From Longimicrobiales bacterium (lineage in GTDB: Bacteria > Gemmatimonadota > Gemmatimonadetes > Longimicrobiales > Gaopeijiaceae), in contig JAWLHJ010000003.1 of assembly GCA_041690395.1 (NCBI GenBank), forward strand, positions 576,001 to 640,000: a stretch of DNA of 64,000 bases, given 5' to 3'. Position numbers and translations under genes: made by a program. Under the pieces are notes generated by a model. That model made no database searches. It was not told the origin of the DNA and worked only from the letters and a program-made list of their open reading frames with translations. Shown here in pieces: positions 1-9,100 of this stretch. Position 1 is the stretch's first letter. The number at the start of each line of letters is the position of its first letter.

Positions 1-1
1 C

Positions 2-1921
2 ACGCTCCAGCTCGACGGCAGTACGCATATGGTGATCGGGGTGATGCCCCGGACGTTCGAGAACGTGACGGCGCCGCATGCCCGCGCGTGGGCACTCCTC
101 CAGTACGACGACACCCCGGTTTCGTTCGAGACCCGGGAGTGGGGCCGTCACCTCGACATGATCGGCCGCACAGCCCCCGGCACGGGTGTGACCGACGCCC
201 GGGAGGAGCTGGGCGAGATCGCCGGGGATCCCCTCCCCGACTTCCCGCGACCGGAATGGGCGGCGCTGAGCCGGGGACTCTCGGTGCGCCCGCTCCGGGA
301 CGCGACGACGGCGGACGCGCGCCCGACGATGCTCGTGTTCCTGGGCGCCGTGGGCCTCCTGGTGATGGTCACGTGCGCGAACCTCACCCTCCTGCTCCTG
401 GCCCGAAGCGCCCGCCGCCGGGGGGAGTTCGCCATGCGTTCCGCCCTGGGAGCGGGACGGAGCCGACTCGCGCGCTACCTCCTCACGGAAAGCCTCCTCC
501 TTTCCACCGTGGGCGGCCTCCTGGGATTCCTGTTCGCGCACCTCGGGGTCACGATGCTCGTGGCCCTGAGCCCCGCATCGTTGACGCGCGTGGACGCGGT
601 AGGCCTGGACGGCACGGCCCTGGCCTTCGCGCTGGGGCTCACGACCCTGGTCGGCGTCGCGTTCGGACTCGTGCCCGGCCTCCACCGTTCCGCCAGCCGG
701 CCGCAGCACATGCGCGAAGCCGGTCCCGGTCTCTCCCGGAAGAACCGAACCTCCCGTCGCACACTGGTGGTGGCACAGGTGGCCATGGCCGTGGTGCTCC
801 TCGTGGGCACCGGCCTCATCCTCCGCAGCACGCAGCGACTCTTCTCCGTCCCACTGGGCTTCCAGCCCGCCCAGGTGTTGGTCCTCCAGGTGCACGGAAC
901 GGGCCTGCCCTCCGGAGACGCGGCCACGCACGGCTTCTTCGACCGGGCCCTGGACGCCGTCGGATCGGTGCCCGGCGTCGTGTCCGCGGCCATGACCAGC
1001 CAGCTTCCCCTGAGCGGCGATGCCGACGTGTACGGGGTCGCCGTCACCGACGGGAACGATGTGGAGGGTGCGAACGGGCCGGCCCACCGCTACGCCGTGT
1101 CCCCTGGATACCTGGAAACCATGGGCACCCGGGTGCGGCGTGGCCGTGCCCTGGCGGCAACCGACGTGCCGGAGGCGCCTCCGGTCGCGGTGGTCAGCCA
1201 ACGGCTGGCCTCCCGGCTGTTCGGGGAGGGGAATCCCATCGGCCGCGTCATCCAGGTGGGCCCGCCTCGACCGGGCGGCTACACCATCGTGGGTGTCGTG
1301 GACGACGTGAAACAGACCTCTCTCTCCGAGGAAGACCTCGACGGGGTCTACATCCCCGCCCACCAGTGGCACTGGGCCGACCGGGTGCGTTGGATGACGG
1401 TGCGTGTCGCGGGAGATCCGGTGGAGGTCCTTCCTTCCATCCGGGACGCCATATGGTCGGTGGACGGCGACCAGCCGGTCGTGGGGGCGCAGCCCATGGA
1501 CACGCTGGTCACCCGTTCCGAGGATCGGCGTCGGTTCGTGCTCATGGTGATGTTCGCGTTCGCTCTCGCGGCGACGGCCCTGGCGATCATCGGTCTCTAC
1601 GGGGTGATGTCCGGAATGGTCGCCGAGCGCCTGCCCGAGATGGGTCTGCGGGCCGCCCTCGGAGCTCCGAGGGAGCGCATCGTGGGCCTGGTGTTCCGTC
1701 AGGGCATGATGATGACCGCCGCGGGTGTGGCCATTGGGGTGCTCGGAGCGGCCGCTGCGGGCAAGACGCTGACGACGCTGTTGTTCGAGGTGTCCACGCT
1801 CGACCCCGTCACCTACGTGGCGGTCGGCACGCTCCTGGTCGTGGCGGCCGGCATCGCGTGCATCGTGCCGGCCATCCACGCGGCCAGGGTAGACCCCGCC
1901 CGGACGCTGAAGGCCGACTGA
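2..1921 (+). CDS. ADOP/MacB-FtsX family duplicated ABC permease, 5'-truncated by the window edge
   Basis: Frame open from base 2; two FtsX-like repeats (CANLTLLLLARSARRRGEFAMRSALGA; GLYGVMSGMVAERLPEMGLRAALGA) and C-terminal PAxxAARVDP. Confidence 0.9.
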   Translation, partial: TLQLDGSTHMVIGVMPRTFENVTAPHARAWALLQYDDTPVSFETREWGRHLDMIGRTAPGTGVTDAREELGEIAGDPLPDFPRPEWAALSRGLSVRPLRDATTADARPTMLVFLGAVGLLVMVTCANLTLLLLARSARRRGEFAMRSALGAGRSRLARYLLTESLLLSTVGGLLGFLFAHLGVTMLVALSPASLTRVDAVGLDGTALAFALGLTTLVGVAFGLVPGLHRSASRPQHMREAGPGLSRKNRTSRRTLVVAQVAMAVVLLVGTGLILRSTQRLFSVPLGFQPAQVLVLQVHGTGLPSGDAATHGFFDRALDAVGSVPGVVSAAMTSQLPLSGDADVYGVAVTDGNDVEGANGPAHRYAVSPGYLETMGTRVRRGRALAATDVPEAPPVAVVSQRLASRLFGEGNPIGRVIQVGPPRPGGYTIVGVVDDVKQTSLSEEDLDGVYIPAHQWHWADRVRWMTVRVAGDPVEVLPSIRDAIWSVDGDQPVVGAQPMDTLVTRSEDRRRFVLMVMFAFALAATALAIIGLYGVMSGMVAERLPEMGLRAALGAPRERIVGLVFRQGMMMTAAGVAIGVLGAAAAGKTLTTLLFEVSTLDPVTYVAVGTLLVVAAGIACIVPAIHAARVDPARTLKAD

Positions 1922-2001
1922 GGCGTCCGGTTCGACCGACCACCACCGAACCCACAACGGCGCGGACTCGTACTACGCGGCCCGCGGGTTCCGCTGCGCG
2001 C

Positions 2002-3366
2002 TCAGCGTGTGACGGGATCCTCGGCGCCCCCACGACGACCGGGGGCGTCGAGCGCCTCGATCGCGTCGGCGTACCGCCGATTCACCTCATGCCTATCGTT
2101 CTCCTCCGGGAGCCCCTCGCGTGCTCCTCGTACGATCATCTCGGCATGTCGGCGAAGCGCCTCGCGATCATCCAGGCGGTCTGTGAATGCCGCCACGGTC
2201 GTGATGGCCTCCAAGAGCCGGATGGTGACCGCCGCGTCCGTCCGGGCGCTCTGCCGGATCTGATTGAACGCGGAGTCGACGACATCCGCGAAGGAGACGA
2301 CAGCATAGACCACCCGGACCCGGCCATGCTCGTCGTAGTGGAAAGGCGACGGAATCTCGCGCCGCGCCATGCGGGACAGCGCCGACGCCAGCTGATCCAC
2401 GCACCGCACGGCCGTGAACGGATCGTTCACTCCGGGAGACAGCGCGCGCACCGCGATCTCCACGATCTGATGGACCGAAAACTCGATGTCCTGTCCGGGC
2501 GTCCGCGTGATCCCGAGTATGAAGGCGTCGTTCACCCGGCGCATGAGGCGCTCGGTGACTCGGACCGCCGGCCAGACGCGCACGAGAGGCCCGTGCTCGA
2601 CGACATACGCGCTGGGCCCCTGATCGACCTTGAAGACGACGTCCTCCTCGGTGCCGAGCTTCACGAGGGCGCCGACGTCGACCGAACGAACGTATCCGTC
2701 CTCGGCGGTGAGGATCTTACGCGCCTCCTCGTCGAACCCCGGGGGAAGGACCGCGCCTTCCGACTCCTCCGACCTGTCCCGAGCCGCCGGATCCCAGCGG
2801 TCCGGAAAGATGTCGTCGATGTCTCGCATCAACTCCCGGCCGACGCGCGCCACGACGTGGTCCGCCTGGATCGAGAGTGAGATGTGATGGATGAAGTAGA
2901 TCAAGACCCCCACGCTCACCACGGCGAGCGCCACCCCGAGTGTCACCGCCAGGTGGGGCACGAAGAGGTTGTCCTCCGCGCGCCGAATGGTCCGGAGCAC
3001 GAGCAGGCAGTACAGGAACGTCGCCACGAACGTGCCGAGCACGACCTGATTGATCGTATCCCGCATGAAGTTCCGCAGCAGTCGCGGGCCGAGCTGAGAC
3101 GAAGCGAGAGATAGCGCGATCAGTGTCATCGAGAAGACGACGCCGGCGATGGTGATCATTGACCCGGCGATGGTTCCGAGGACGGTGCTCGCTCCCTCCG
3201 CGCCCCCGGTATACAAGAACCCGAAGCTTTCGCGCCACTCGTCCGACTTGGTGCGATCGAGCGCGACGGCGCCGACGGCGAGCAGGGCCGCGCCGCCGCT
3301 CATCACACCGGGAATGAACCAGAAGCTCGAGCGCACGAGCTGCCACCATTTGACCAGGCGGTTCAT
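2002..3366 (-). CDS. DUF2254 family predicted membrane protein
   Basis: SFWFIP, ASSQLGPRLLRNF and IAVRALSPGVNDPFTA motifs. Confidence 0.85.
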   Translation of the reverse strand: MNRLVKWWQLVRSSFWFIPGVMSGGAALLAVGAVALDRTKSDEWRESFGFLYTGGAEGASTVLGTIAGSMITIAGVVFSMTLIALSLASSQLGPRLLRNFMRDTINQVVLGTFVATFLYCLLVLRTIRRAEDNLFVPHLAVTLGVALAVVSVGVLIYFIHHISLSIQADHVVARVGRELMRDIDDIFPDRWDPAARDRSEESEGAVLPPGFDEEARKILTAEDGYVRSVDVGALVKLGTEEDVVFKVDQGPSAYVVEHGPLVRVWPAVRVTERLMRRVNDAFILGITRTPGQDIEFSVHQIVEIAVRALSPGVNDPFTAVRCVDQLASALSRMARREIPSPFHYDEHGRVRVVYAVVSFADVVDSAFNQIRQSARTDAAVTIRLLEAITTVAAFTDRLDDREALRRHAEMIVRGAREGLPEENDRHEVNRRYADAIEALDAPGRRGGAEDPVTR

Positions 3367-3510
3367 CACGGCCGCCTACCCAGGAGCAAGGAACCATCCA
3401 GGACATCTGACTCCATGCGAACTCCGGGATCTCGGGGATCAGGGCGTCGCGTCCCTCATTCGTCGACGTGGATCACTCGAAGGTTACCACGCCGGGGGTA
3501 TCCGCGCCCC

Positions 3511-4965
3511 CTACCACCCGCCGCCCGAGCCCCCGGGCCGCACGAAGTCCGTCCCTTCCCAACACCGGTCCTCCCGGTACCCGGGGATCTCGGGCCGCTC
3601 GCAGAAGCGCTCGGCCGACTCGGGACGCAGATCGATGAGACGGTTCAAGGCACCGTCGGTCTTGTGCAGGTCGAACGAATCGTAGAGCACCCCACCCGTG
3701 GTGCGGGACTCGTAGACCAGCCGGTCCCACTCCACCCGAATCGTCTGATAGAGCTGCGTGTCCTCACCGATCCGGTCGAGGACCGCCCGCGCGTCGTCGG
3801 AGGCGAAGTACATCTTCGGACCCGAGACCGAGACGACGTACATGGTGCCCGTGTGACCGGCCCACGCCATGGTGCCTTCGAAGAGGTTGGACCCGCGCCC
3901 GTAGGCGTGGTCGTGCCCCTGGAGCACCAGGTCCACGCCGTACTCCTCGAACAGGGGCTGCCAGTGCTCCTGGAGCGCGGGATTGTCCCGGCCGCGCGCC
4001 ACCGAGAAGACCGGGTGGTGGAAGGTCACGACGGTCCATCGGTTGGGATTGTCGGAGAGCAGACTCTCGAGCCACCGGGCCTGGTGCTCGACCTGATCGG
4101 GCGCCTCGTCGTAGACCGCCTCCACCGAGTTGAGCGCGATGAAGCGCACCCCTTGGTAATCCACGGAGTAGACGGTGCCTTCCATCCCGTCCGGTCCGTT
4201 CGGCGGGAGCGTGAACTGAACCGGCCAGTGGGGCGACAAGCTCCGCCTCTCCTCACCCACCTCGTTCACCTCGTCCACATACTCGTGGTTCCCTGTCGCG
4301 GGCAGGCTCGGGATCATTCCGTGGAGCCATCCCCCGGCCTCGAACCACTCGCCCCACTCGTCGTCGTGGCTCCCTTCGCGCAGGTTCACGAGGTCGCCGG
4401 CGAAGACCATGAGCCGCGCTTCCGGCAGGTCCAGGGCGGCCTGCCGAATGGTGCGGGAGAAGTGTGACTTCACCGCGTTTTGCGAGTCACCGAAGTACAG
4501 GAACGAGAACGGCGTGAAGTCGGTCGACGCGGTCCGGAACTGAAACCACTCGCTCCACGTCCCGGCGCCACCCACCCGGTATGCGTAGAGCGTGTTCGGA
4601 CGCAAATCGCTGAAGACCACCGAGTGGTGATGGGCCACGCCGTTCTCCGCTTCGAGCGGGGTCGTGGTGCCCGGTACGGACCGGGCGCCAAGGTGCAGCC
4701 CGGGCGTGGCGGTCGCGACCGCGATCTCTGCGACGGCGGTGGTGACCCCCGTGCCCGTGCGCCAGGTCACCGCCTGCGTACGGGCCGGGTCGCCGACGAA
4801 GGTCAGGACGATGCGGTCCGGGTAGCCGGTCGGTTCGTATCGGGGCATGCCGTCCACGACGAGCGTGTTCTGGGCCTGCGCGGTCGCCGCGATCAGGAGG
4901 AGGGGGAGAACGGCCACCGCCACGGCACGAGCGAAACCGACGGGTGATGCGAGCTGGTACGGCAT
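3511..4965 (-). CDS. Secreted purple-acid-phosphatase-like metallophosphoesterase with FN3-like N-domain
   Basis: Signal peptide ending AQA; GDSQ, GDLV, GNHE and GHDH motifs; GAGG before the ATG at 4965. Confidence 0.85.
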   Translation of the reverse strand: MPYQLASPVGFARAVAVAVLPLLLIAATAQAQNTLVVDGMPRYEPTGYPDRIVLTFVGDPARTQAVTWRTGTGVTTAVAEIAVATATPGLHLGARSVPGTTTPLEAENGVAHHHSVVFSDLRPNTLYAYRVGGAGTWSEWFQFRTASTDFTPFSFLYFGDSQNAVKSHFSRTIRQAALDLPEARLMVFAGDLVNLREGSHDDEWGEWFEAGGWLHGMIPSLPATGNHEYVDEVNEVGEERRSLSPHWPVQFTLPPNGPDGMEGTVYSVDYQGVRFIALNSVEAVYDEAPDQVEHQARWLESLLSDNPNRWTVVTFHHPVFSVARGRDNPALQEHWQPLFEEYGVDLVLQGHDHAYGRGSNLFEGTMAWAGHTGTMYVVSVSGPKMYFASDDARAVLDRIGEDTQLYQTIRVEWDRLVYESRTTGGVLYDSFDLHKTDGALNRLIDLRPESAERFCERPEIPGYREDRCWEGTDFVRPGGSGGGW

Positions 4966-5144
4966 GGAACGCCTCGAGACTCGGGAACGGGAATGAATCC
5001 CCGAATCATGACGGCCCATCCCTAAGACGGAGTCACGTTCCGGTCACGGGTCGGCAACGCCCCACTGGCGCTGGTGCCTTCCGAGCCCGGTTGCATCGAC
5101 GCCATGTGCCATGCCTTCCACCACCGGGCCACCTCGGGTAGATT

Positions 5145-5167
5145 TCTTCATGATTTTTTCATGAAGA
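5145..5167. promoter_or_regulatory. AT-rich perfect inverted repeat TCTTCATGA-N5-TCATGAAGA, probable transcription-factor site
   Basis: Seen directly between the divergent phosphatase gene and the uORF/TonB receptor; TTCATGA also repeats directly at 11-bp spacing. Confidence 0.6.
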
Positions 5168-5198
5168 CGACTCCGCGAGCGTACTCGAAAGACGTCCG

Positions 5199-5678
5199 AT
5201 GATTCTGTCCCGAAGCCGGCTGCGCCTCCCCGCCGCCCTCGTCACCTGTCTCCTGCTCCTTACCGGTGCAGGTGAAGTGCTCGGCGCGTGCTACTGCGCG
5301 CACCGGGGCGGTGAGGCCATGGAGGGGCACGGCCCGGCGCACGGGGCCGTAGAGGACGACCTTCCGGCAGCGGGCCCCCACGGGCACGGCTCCGGACACC
5401 GGTCTTCGGTGGAGACCACCCTCCATTTGGACGCGGTCGCCGAACACCCCGACGAGCACGGAACGGAGAACCCGGCGAGCAGCGCCTGCCGGGCCCTCTG
5501 TGCGCTGGCCTGCAGCAGCAACGCCGGTCCGACGCCGGACGTCACCGAGCGCGCGCCCGACCTCGTCACCTGCGCGGCCGCCGCGCCGGCTCCCGCGGTC
5601 GAGTCGATCGACATGGTGCCGCCAACGGCGCGCCCCCACATCCTTCCCCTCTCCCAGGCACCCCCCACGACGTCCTGA
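5199..5678 (+). CDS. DUF2946/CruR-CutF-like exported His/Cys-rich upstream ORF ending in a QAPP arrest-like motif
   Basis: N-terminal hydrophobic segment, CYC, His-rich tract, CRALCALAC, C-terminal PHILPLSQAPPTTS; directly upstream of a TonB receptor. Confidence 0.65.
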   Translation: MILSRSRLRLPAALVTCLLLLTGAGEVLGACYCAHRGGEAMEGHGPAHGAVEDDLPAAGPHGHGSGHRSSVETTLHLDAVAEHPDEHGTENPASSACRALCALACSSNAGPTPDVTERAPDLVTCAAAAPAPAVESIDMVPPTARPHILPLSQAPPTTS

Positions 5679-5777
5679 GGCGCGAGCCGCCCCCGAGGGG
5701 GCCGCGCTCCACCCATCAGGACGCTCCGGACCGCGACGTCCGGAGTCCACCGCTTCTTCGTGGACGGGAGTCTACCC

Positions 5778-8096
5778 ATGCATTCGTGTATCTCACGAGC
5801 AGCGCCCGCGGGCGCGCGCTCCATGTTCCTGGCCTTGCTCGTATTCTTCCTCGGCGCCTCTCCGGCCCTCGCCCAGAGCGGCACGCTGAGGGTGTCGGTC
5901 TCGGACAACGAGAATCGCCCGCTGGCGAACGCGGCCGTGCGCGTCGACGGCACGCGTCTCGGTACCTTCACGAGTGGCGACGGAACCGCGACCATCTCCG
6001 GCGTGCCGGTCGGTGATCGCTCGATCACCGCGTCGCTTCTCGGATACGGCGACGAGCGCTCGAACGTGACGATCGTCGCAGGCGGCACCGTGAACGTGGA
6101 TATCGTCCTCGTCGCGGCGCCCTTGCAGGTCACGGGCATCGAAGTCTCCGTCCTCCGCCCAGACCTGAGCCCGGACGTCCGGGTCGCTGAGAGCGAGCTC
6201 CAGGAGGAGAATCCACACGACGTCGGAGCGGTGATGCGCTCGCTTCCGGGTCTCGACGCCATCCGCAGGGGTGGCCTGGGCCTGGACCCCGTCGTACGGG
6301 GTCTCCGGGACACGCAGGTCGGGGCGTACGTCGACGGCATGCGTACGCTGCCGGGAGGACCCGGCGGGATGGACACGCCGCTCTCCCACGTCGACCCGTC
6401 CGCCATCAAGGGGATGGAGGTCATGAAGGGCCCCTACGCGCTCACATGGGGAGCCGGCAACATGAGCGCCATCCGGGTCGAGACCCAGCGGCTCCCGCTG
6501 CGCGGAGCGGCGCCCGTCTCGGGGCAGCTCCGCGCCGGATACGACACGAACCTCTCCGCCACTGAGACGGGCCTGGAGCTCACCGGCACGGCCTCCTCCA
6601 TCGCCTACGCTGCATCCGGTGCCTGGCGCGAAGGCGGCGACTACGTCTCCGGTGCCGGCCTCGAGACCCCGTCCAGCTTCACGAGCGGCGAGGTTCGCGG
6701 CCGCCTCGGCATCTTCACCGGGCCCGCGTCGACGTTGACGGCGTCCGGCTGGTACCAGGGCCAGCGGGACATCGACTACCCCGGCCGTCCCCTGGACGCC
6801 GCATTCTTCGATACCTACAACGGGTCGCTGCGTTGGCAGCACCAGCCGGCCGCCGGCGTGGTCCGGTCCCTCGACGCGATGGCCTACGTGTACACCGTGG
6901 ACCATGCGATGAACAACGACGGCAAGCCCACGGCGCTGGCCAATCCGGACCGCATGCCCCCGTTCGCGATGGACATCCTGACCGTCGCCAACACCGGGAT
7001 GGTCGGAGGTCGCCTGGCCACCGAGCTCGCCCCGGGCGGTGACTGGACCCTCGAGCTCGGGGGCGACGCCTATGCGGCGGACCACGACGCGTCGGGGGTG
7101 ACCCGGAACCGCGACACGGGGATGGTCATGATGGAGCGGCTCATCTGGGGTGGCGCGCGCCTGTCCAACATCGGGCTGTTCGCCAAGGCCGATCACCCGC
7201 TCGGGCGCCTGTCGGCTTCGGGAACGATCCGGGTCGACCATGTGCGGGCCGACGCCGACTCGGCCAGCACGTTCTTCACGGACAACGCATCCGCGGAGCT
7301 GGCCTCGACGGAGACGAACCTGAGTGGCGCGTTGACCCTTTCGCTGCCGGTGACGTCGCGTTGGTCCCTCTCGGGCGGCGTGGGCTCGGTGGTGCGCACC
7401 GCGGACGCGAACGAGCGCTTCTCCGATCGCTCCCCTTCGAAGCGGGCGCAGATCGGAGCCGAGTTTCTGGGCGATCCGGGCCTCCGGCCCGAGCGGAGCA
7501 CGCAGGTCGACCTCTGGGTGGACGCCCGGTATCCGCGCTGGGCCGCTTCGGTGAACGTCTTCTGGCAGCGGATCGACGACGCCATCACCATCGAGGCCAC
7601 CGATCTGCCGCGGATGAGCGCCATGAGCGCTCCCACGGTCTTCCGGTACGTGAACGGAGACGCGCGCTACCGGGGCGCCGAGGCCTCCGGACAGCTGTCG
7701 CTCACCGATGCAGTCACCGTCTCGGCGTCCACGGCGCATCTCTGGGGCGAGGACGTGACGCTGGACGAGCCGGCGCTCGGCGTGTCCCCGTGGCGCGCCG
7801 ACCTCGGCGTCCGCTGGGAGCCCGCGACGGACGCCTTCCTCCAGCTGTCCGGCCGCACCGTGGCGAGTCAGGAGCGGGTCTCCACCACCCGCGGCGAGTC
7901 ATCGACGCCGGGCTACGAGACCGTGGACGTGCACGCCGGCATTCCGCTACCCGGCGGAGTCACCGCGCGCTTCGGGGTCGACAATCTGTTCGACCGGGCC
8001 TACACGAATCACCTGAATGCACGTAACCCGTTCACGGGCTTCGCGGTGGCCGAGCCCGGGCGCGTGCTCTTCGCCAGGATGAGCGTGCGCTTCTGA
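5778..8096 (+). CDS. TonB-dependent receptor, OprC/NosA copper-receptor-like, with N-terminal carboxypeptidase-regulatory-like domain
   Basis: Plug motif DPVVRG...VDG...MDTPLSHVDP, HAM motif, GVDNLFDRAYTNHLN, EPGR, terminal F; GGGAG before the ATG. Confidence 0.85.
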   Translation: MHSCISRAAPAGARSMFLALLVFFLGASPALAQSGTLRVSVSDNENRPLANAAVRVDGTRLGTFTSGDGTATISGVPVGDRSITASLLGYGDERSNVTIVAGGTVNVDIVLVAAPLQVTGIEVSVLRPDLSPDVRVAESELQEENPHDVGAVMRSLPGLDAIRRGGLGLDPVVRGLRDTQVGAYVDGMRTLPGGPGGMDTPLSHVDPSAIKGMEVMKGPYALTWGAGNMSAIRVETQRLPLRGAAPVSGQLRAGYDTNLSATETGLELTGTASSIAYAASGAWREGGDYVSGAGLETPSSFTSGEVRGRLGIFTGPASTLTASGWYQGQRDIDYPGRPLDAAFFDTYNGSLRWQHQPAAGVVRSLDAMAYVYTVDHAMNNDGKPTALANPDRMPPFAMDILTVANTGMVGGRLATELAPGGDWTLELGGDAYAADHDASGVTRNRDTGMVMMERLIWGGARLSNIGLFAKADHPLGRLSASGTIRVDHVRADADSASTFFTDNASAELASTETNLSGALTLSLPVTSRWSLSGGVGSVVRTADANERFSDRSPSKRAQIGAEFLGDPGLRPERSTQVDLWVDARYPRWAASVNVFWQRIDDAITIEATDLPRMSAMSAPTVFRYVNGDARYRGAEASGQLSLTDAVTVSASTAHLWGEDVTLDEPALGVSPWRADLGVRWEPATDAFLQLSGRTVASQERVSTTRGESSTPGYETVDVHAGIPLPGGVTARFGVDNLFDRAYTNHLNARNPFTGFAVAEPGRVLFARMSVRF

Positions 8097-8105
8097 CGGG
8101 TAGGC

Positions 8106-8140
8106 GGGCCCCGGTCGGTGAAGGACGCCGGCCGGGGCCC
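8106..8140. terminator. GC-rich hairpin between convergent genes
   Basis: gggccccggtcggtg / cgccggccggggccc inverted repeat; no U-tract. Confidence 0.5.
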
Positions 8141-8154
8141 CCGCCGACGGCGCG

Positions 8155-8961
8155 CTACGCCGCGACCACCGTCGTCATCCGGACGCCGCCCCGCAGGATC
8201 CCGTCCTTCACGAACGGGGCGCAGGCATCGACGAAATCGCGCTCGAACAGCGCCCTACCCTCCGCGTCGAGCTTCGTGACCGCCGCGGCCACCGGCGTGC
8301 TCAGCACGTAGTGCCACAGAAACTCGCCCGGCTCCCCGAGATCGAGCGGGGTCTCGTCCGACCGAACCTCCACGTGACGAAAGCCCGCCTCCTCCGCCAT
8401 GGCCCGCAGCTCGTCGGCGTCGTGGAGGGAGAAGACCGTGTCCACGAAGCCCGCGCCGGCGGGGTCGACGTGCCGTCGGAGTCCGTCCGCCATCGCCTGG
8501 AACGGAGGCGGCGTGGGGCCGGGCACGTTGGCCACGAAGCGGCCGCCCCGCGCCAGCACGCGGCGGATCTCACGGAGCGCCGCCACCCGGTCCATGAAGA
8601 ACTGGAGCCCCATGCCGCACAGGACCACGTCGAAGGAGCCGTCCTCCAGCGGGATCCTCTCCGCCGGCGCTTCATGCCACGTGACGGACGCTTCGGCGGG
8701 GACTGCGTCCCGCGCGACGGCCAGCATGGCCGGGTTCGGATCGAGGCCGGCCACGGAGCCCTCCGACCCCACGCGCTCCGCCGCGAGCCGTGTGACGATG
8801 CCGGTTCCGCAGGCCACGTCGAGCACCCTCGCCCCGGTCCGGAGCCCGGCCGCCTCCAGGAGTCCCACCGCCACCGGATGGCCGATGGTCGGCACGAAAT
8901 GCTGCTCGTAGCGCTCGGCCGCCTGGCTGGCGAACGTCGCTTCGTAGGATGCTTCGGACAT
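8155..8961 (-). CDS. Class I SAM-dependent methyltransferase (UbiE-like)
   Basis: VLDVACGTG motif I, GLDPN, FDVVLC. Confidence 0.9.
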   Translation of the reverse strand: MSEASYEATFASQAAERYEQHFVPTIGHPVAVGLLEAAGLRTGARVLDVACGTGIVTRLAAERVGSEGSVAGLDPNPAMLAVARDAVPAEASVTWHEAPAERIPLEDGSFDVVLCGMGLQFFMDRVAALREIRRVLARGGRFVANVPGPTPPPFQAMADGLRRHVDPAGAGFVDTVFSLHDADELRAMAEEAGFRHVEVRSDETPLDLGEPGEFLWHYVLSTPVAAAVTKLDAEGRALFERDFVDACAPFVKDGILRGGVRMTTVVAA

Positions 8962-9040
8962 GGGGACACCTCTGCCGTGGGCGTGTGAAAGGGCGGAGCG
9001 CAGCGTGTCGAGGAAATCTCCAGGAACCAGGGCTCCGGCG

Positions 9041-9095
9041 CTTCGGGGAGAACACCCAAGCGGAGGCGGAAGGGGTCGTGGGTGGTTCCACCCAC
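9041..9095. promoter_or_regulatory. Paired putative operator boxes between the LuxR gene and the methyltransferase gene
   Basis: Perfect palindrome GTGGGTGG-TT-CCACCCAC at 9078-9095 and related GGGGAGAACACCCA at 9045-9058. Confidence 0.45.
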
Positions 9096-9100
9096 TCCAA

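Noticed and set aside
6350..6375. Selenocysteine at the missing Cys position of the TonB receptor
   Set aside because: The codon is GGA (Gly), not TGA.
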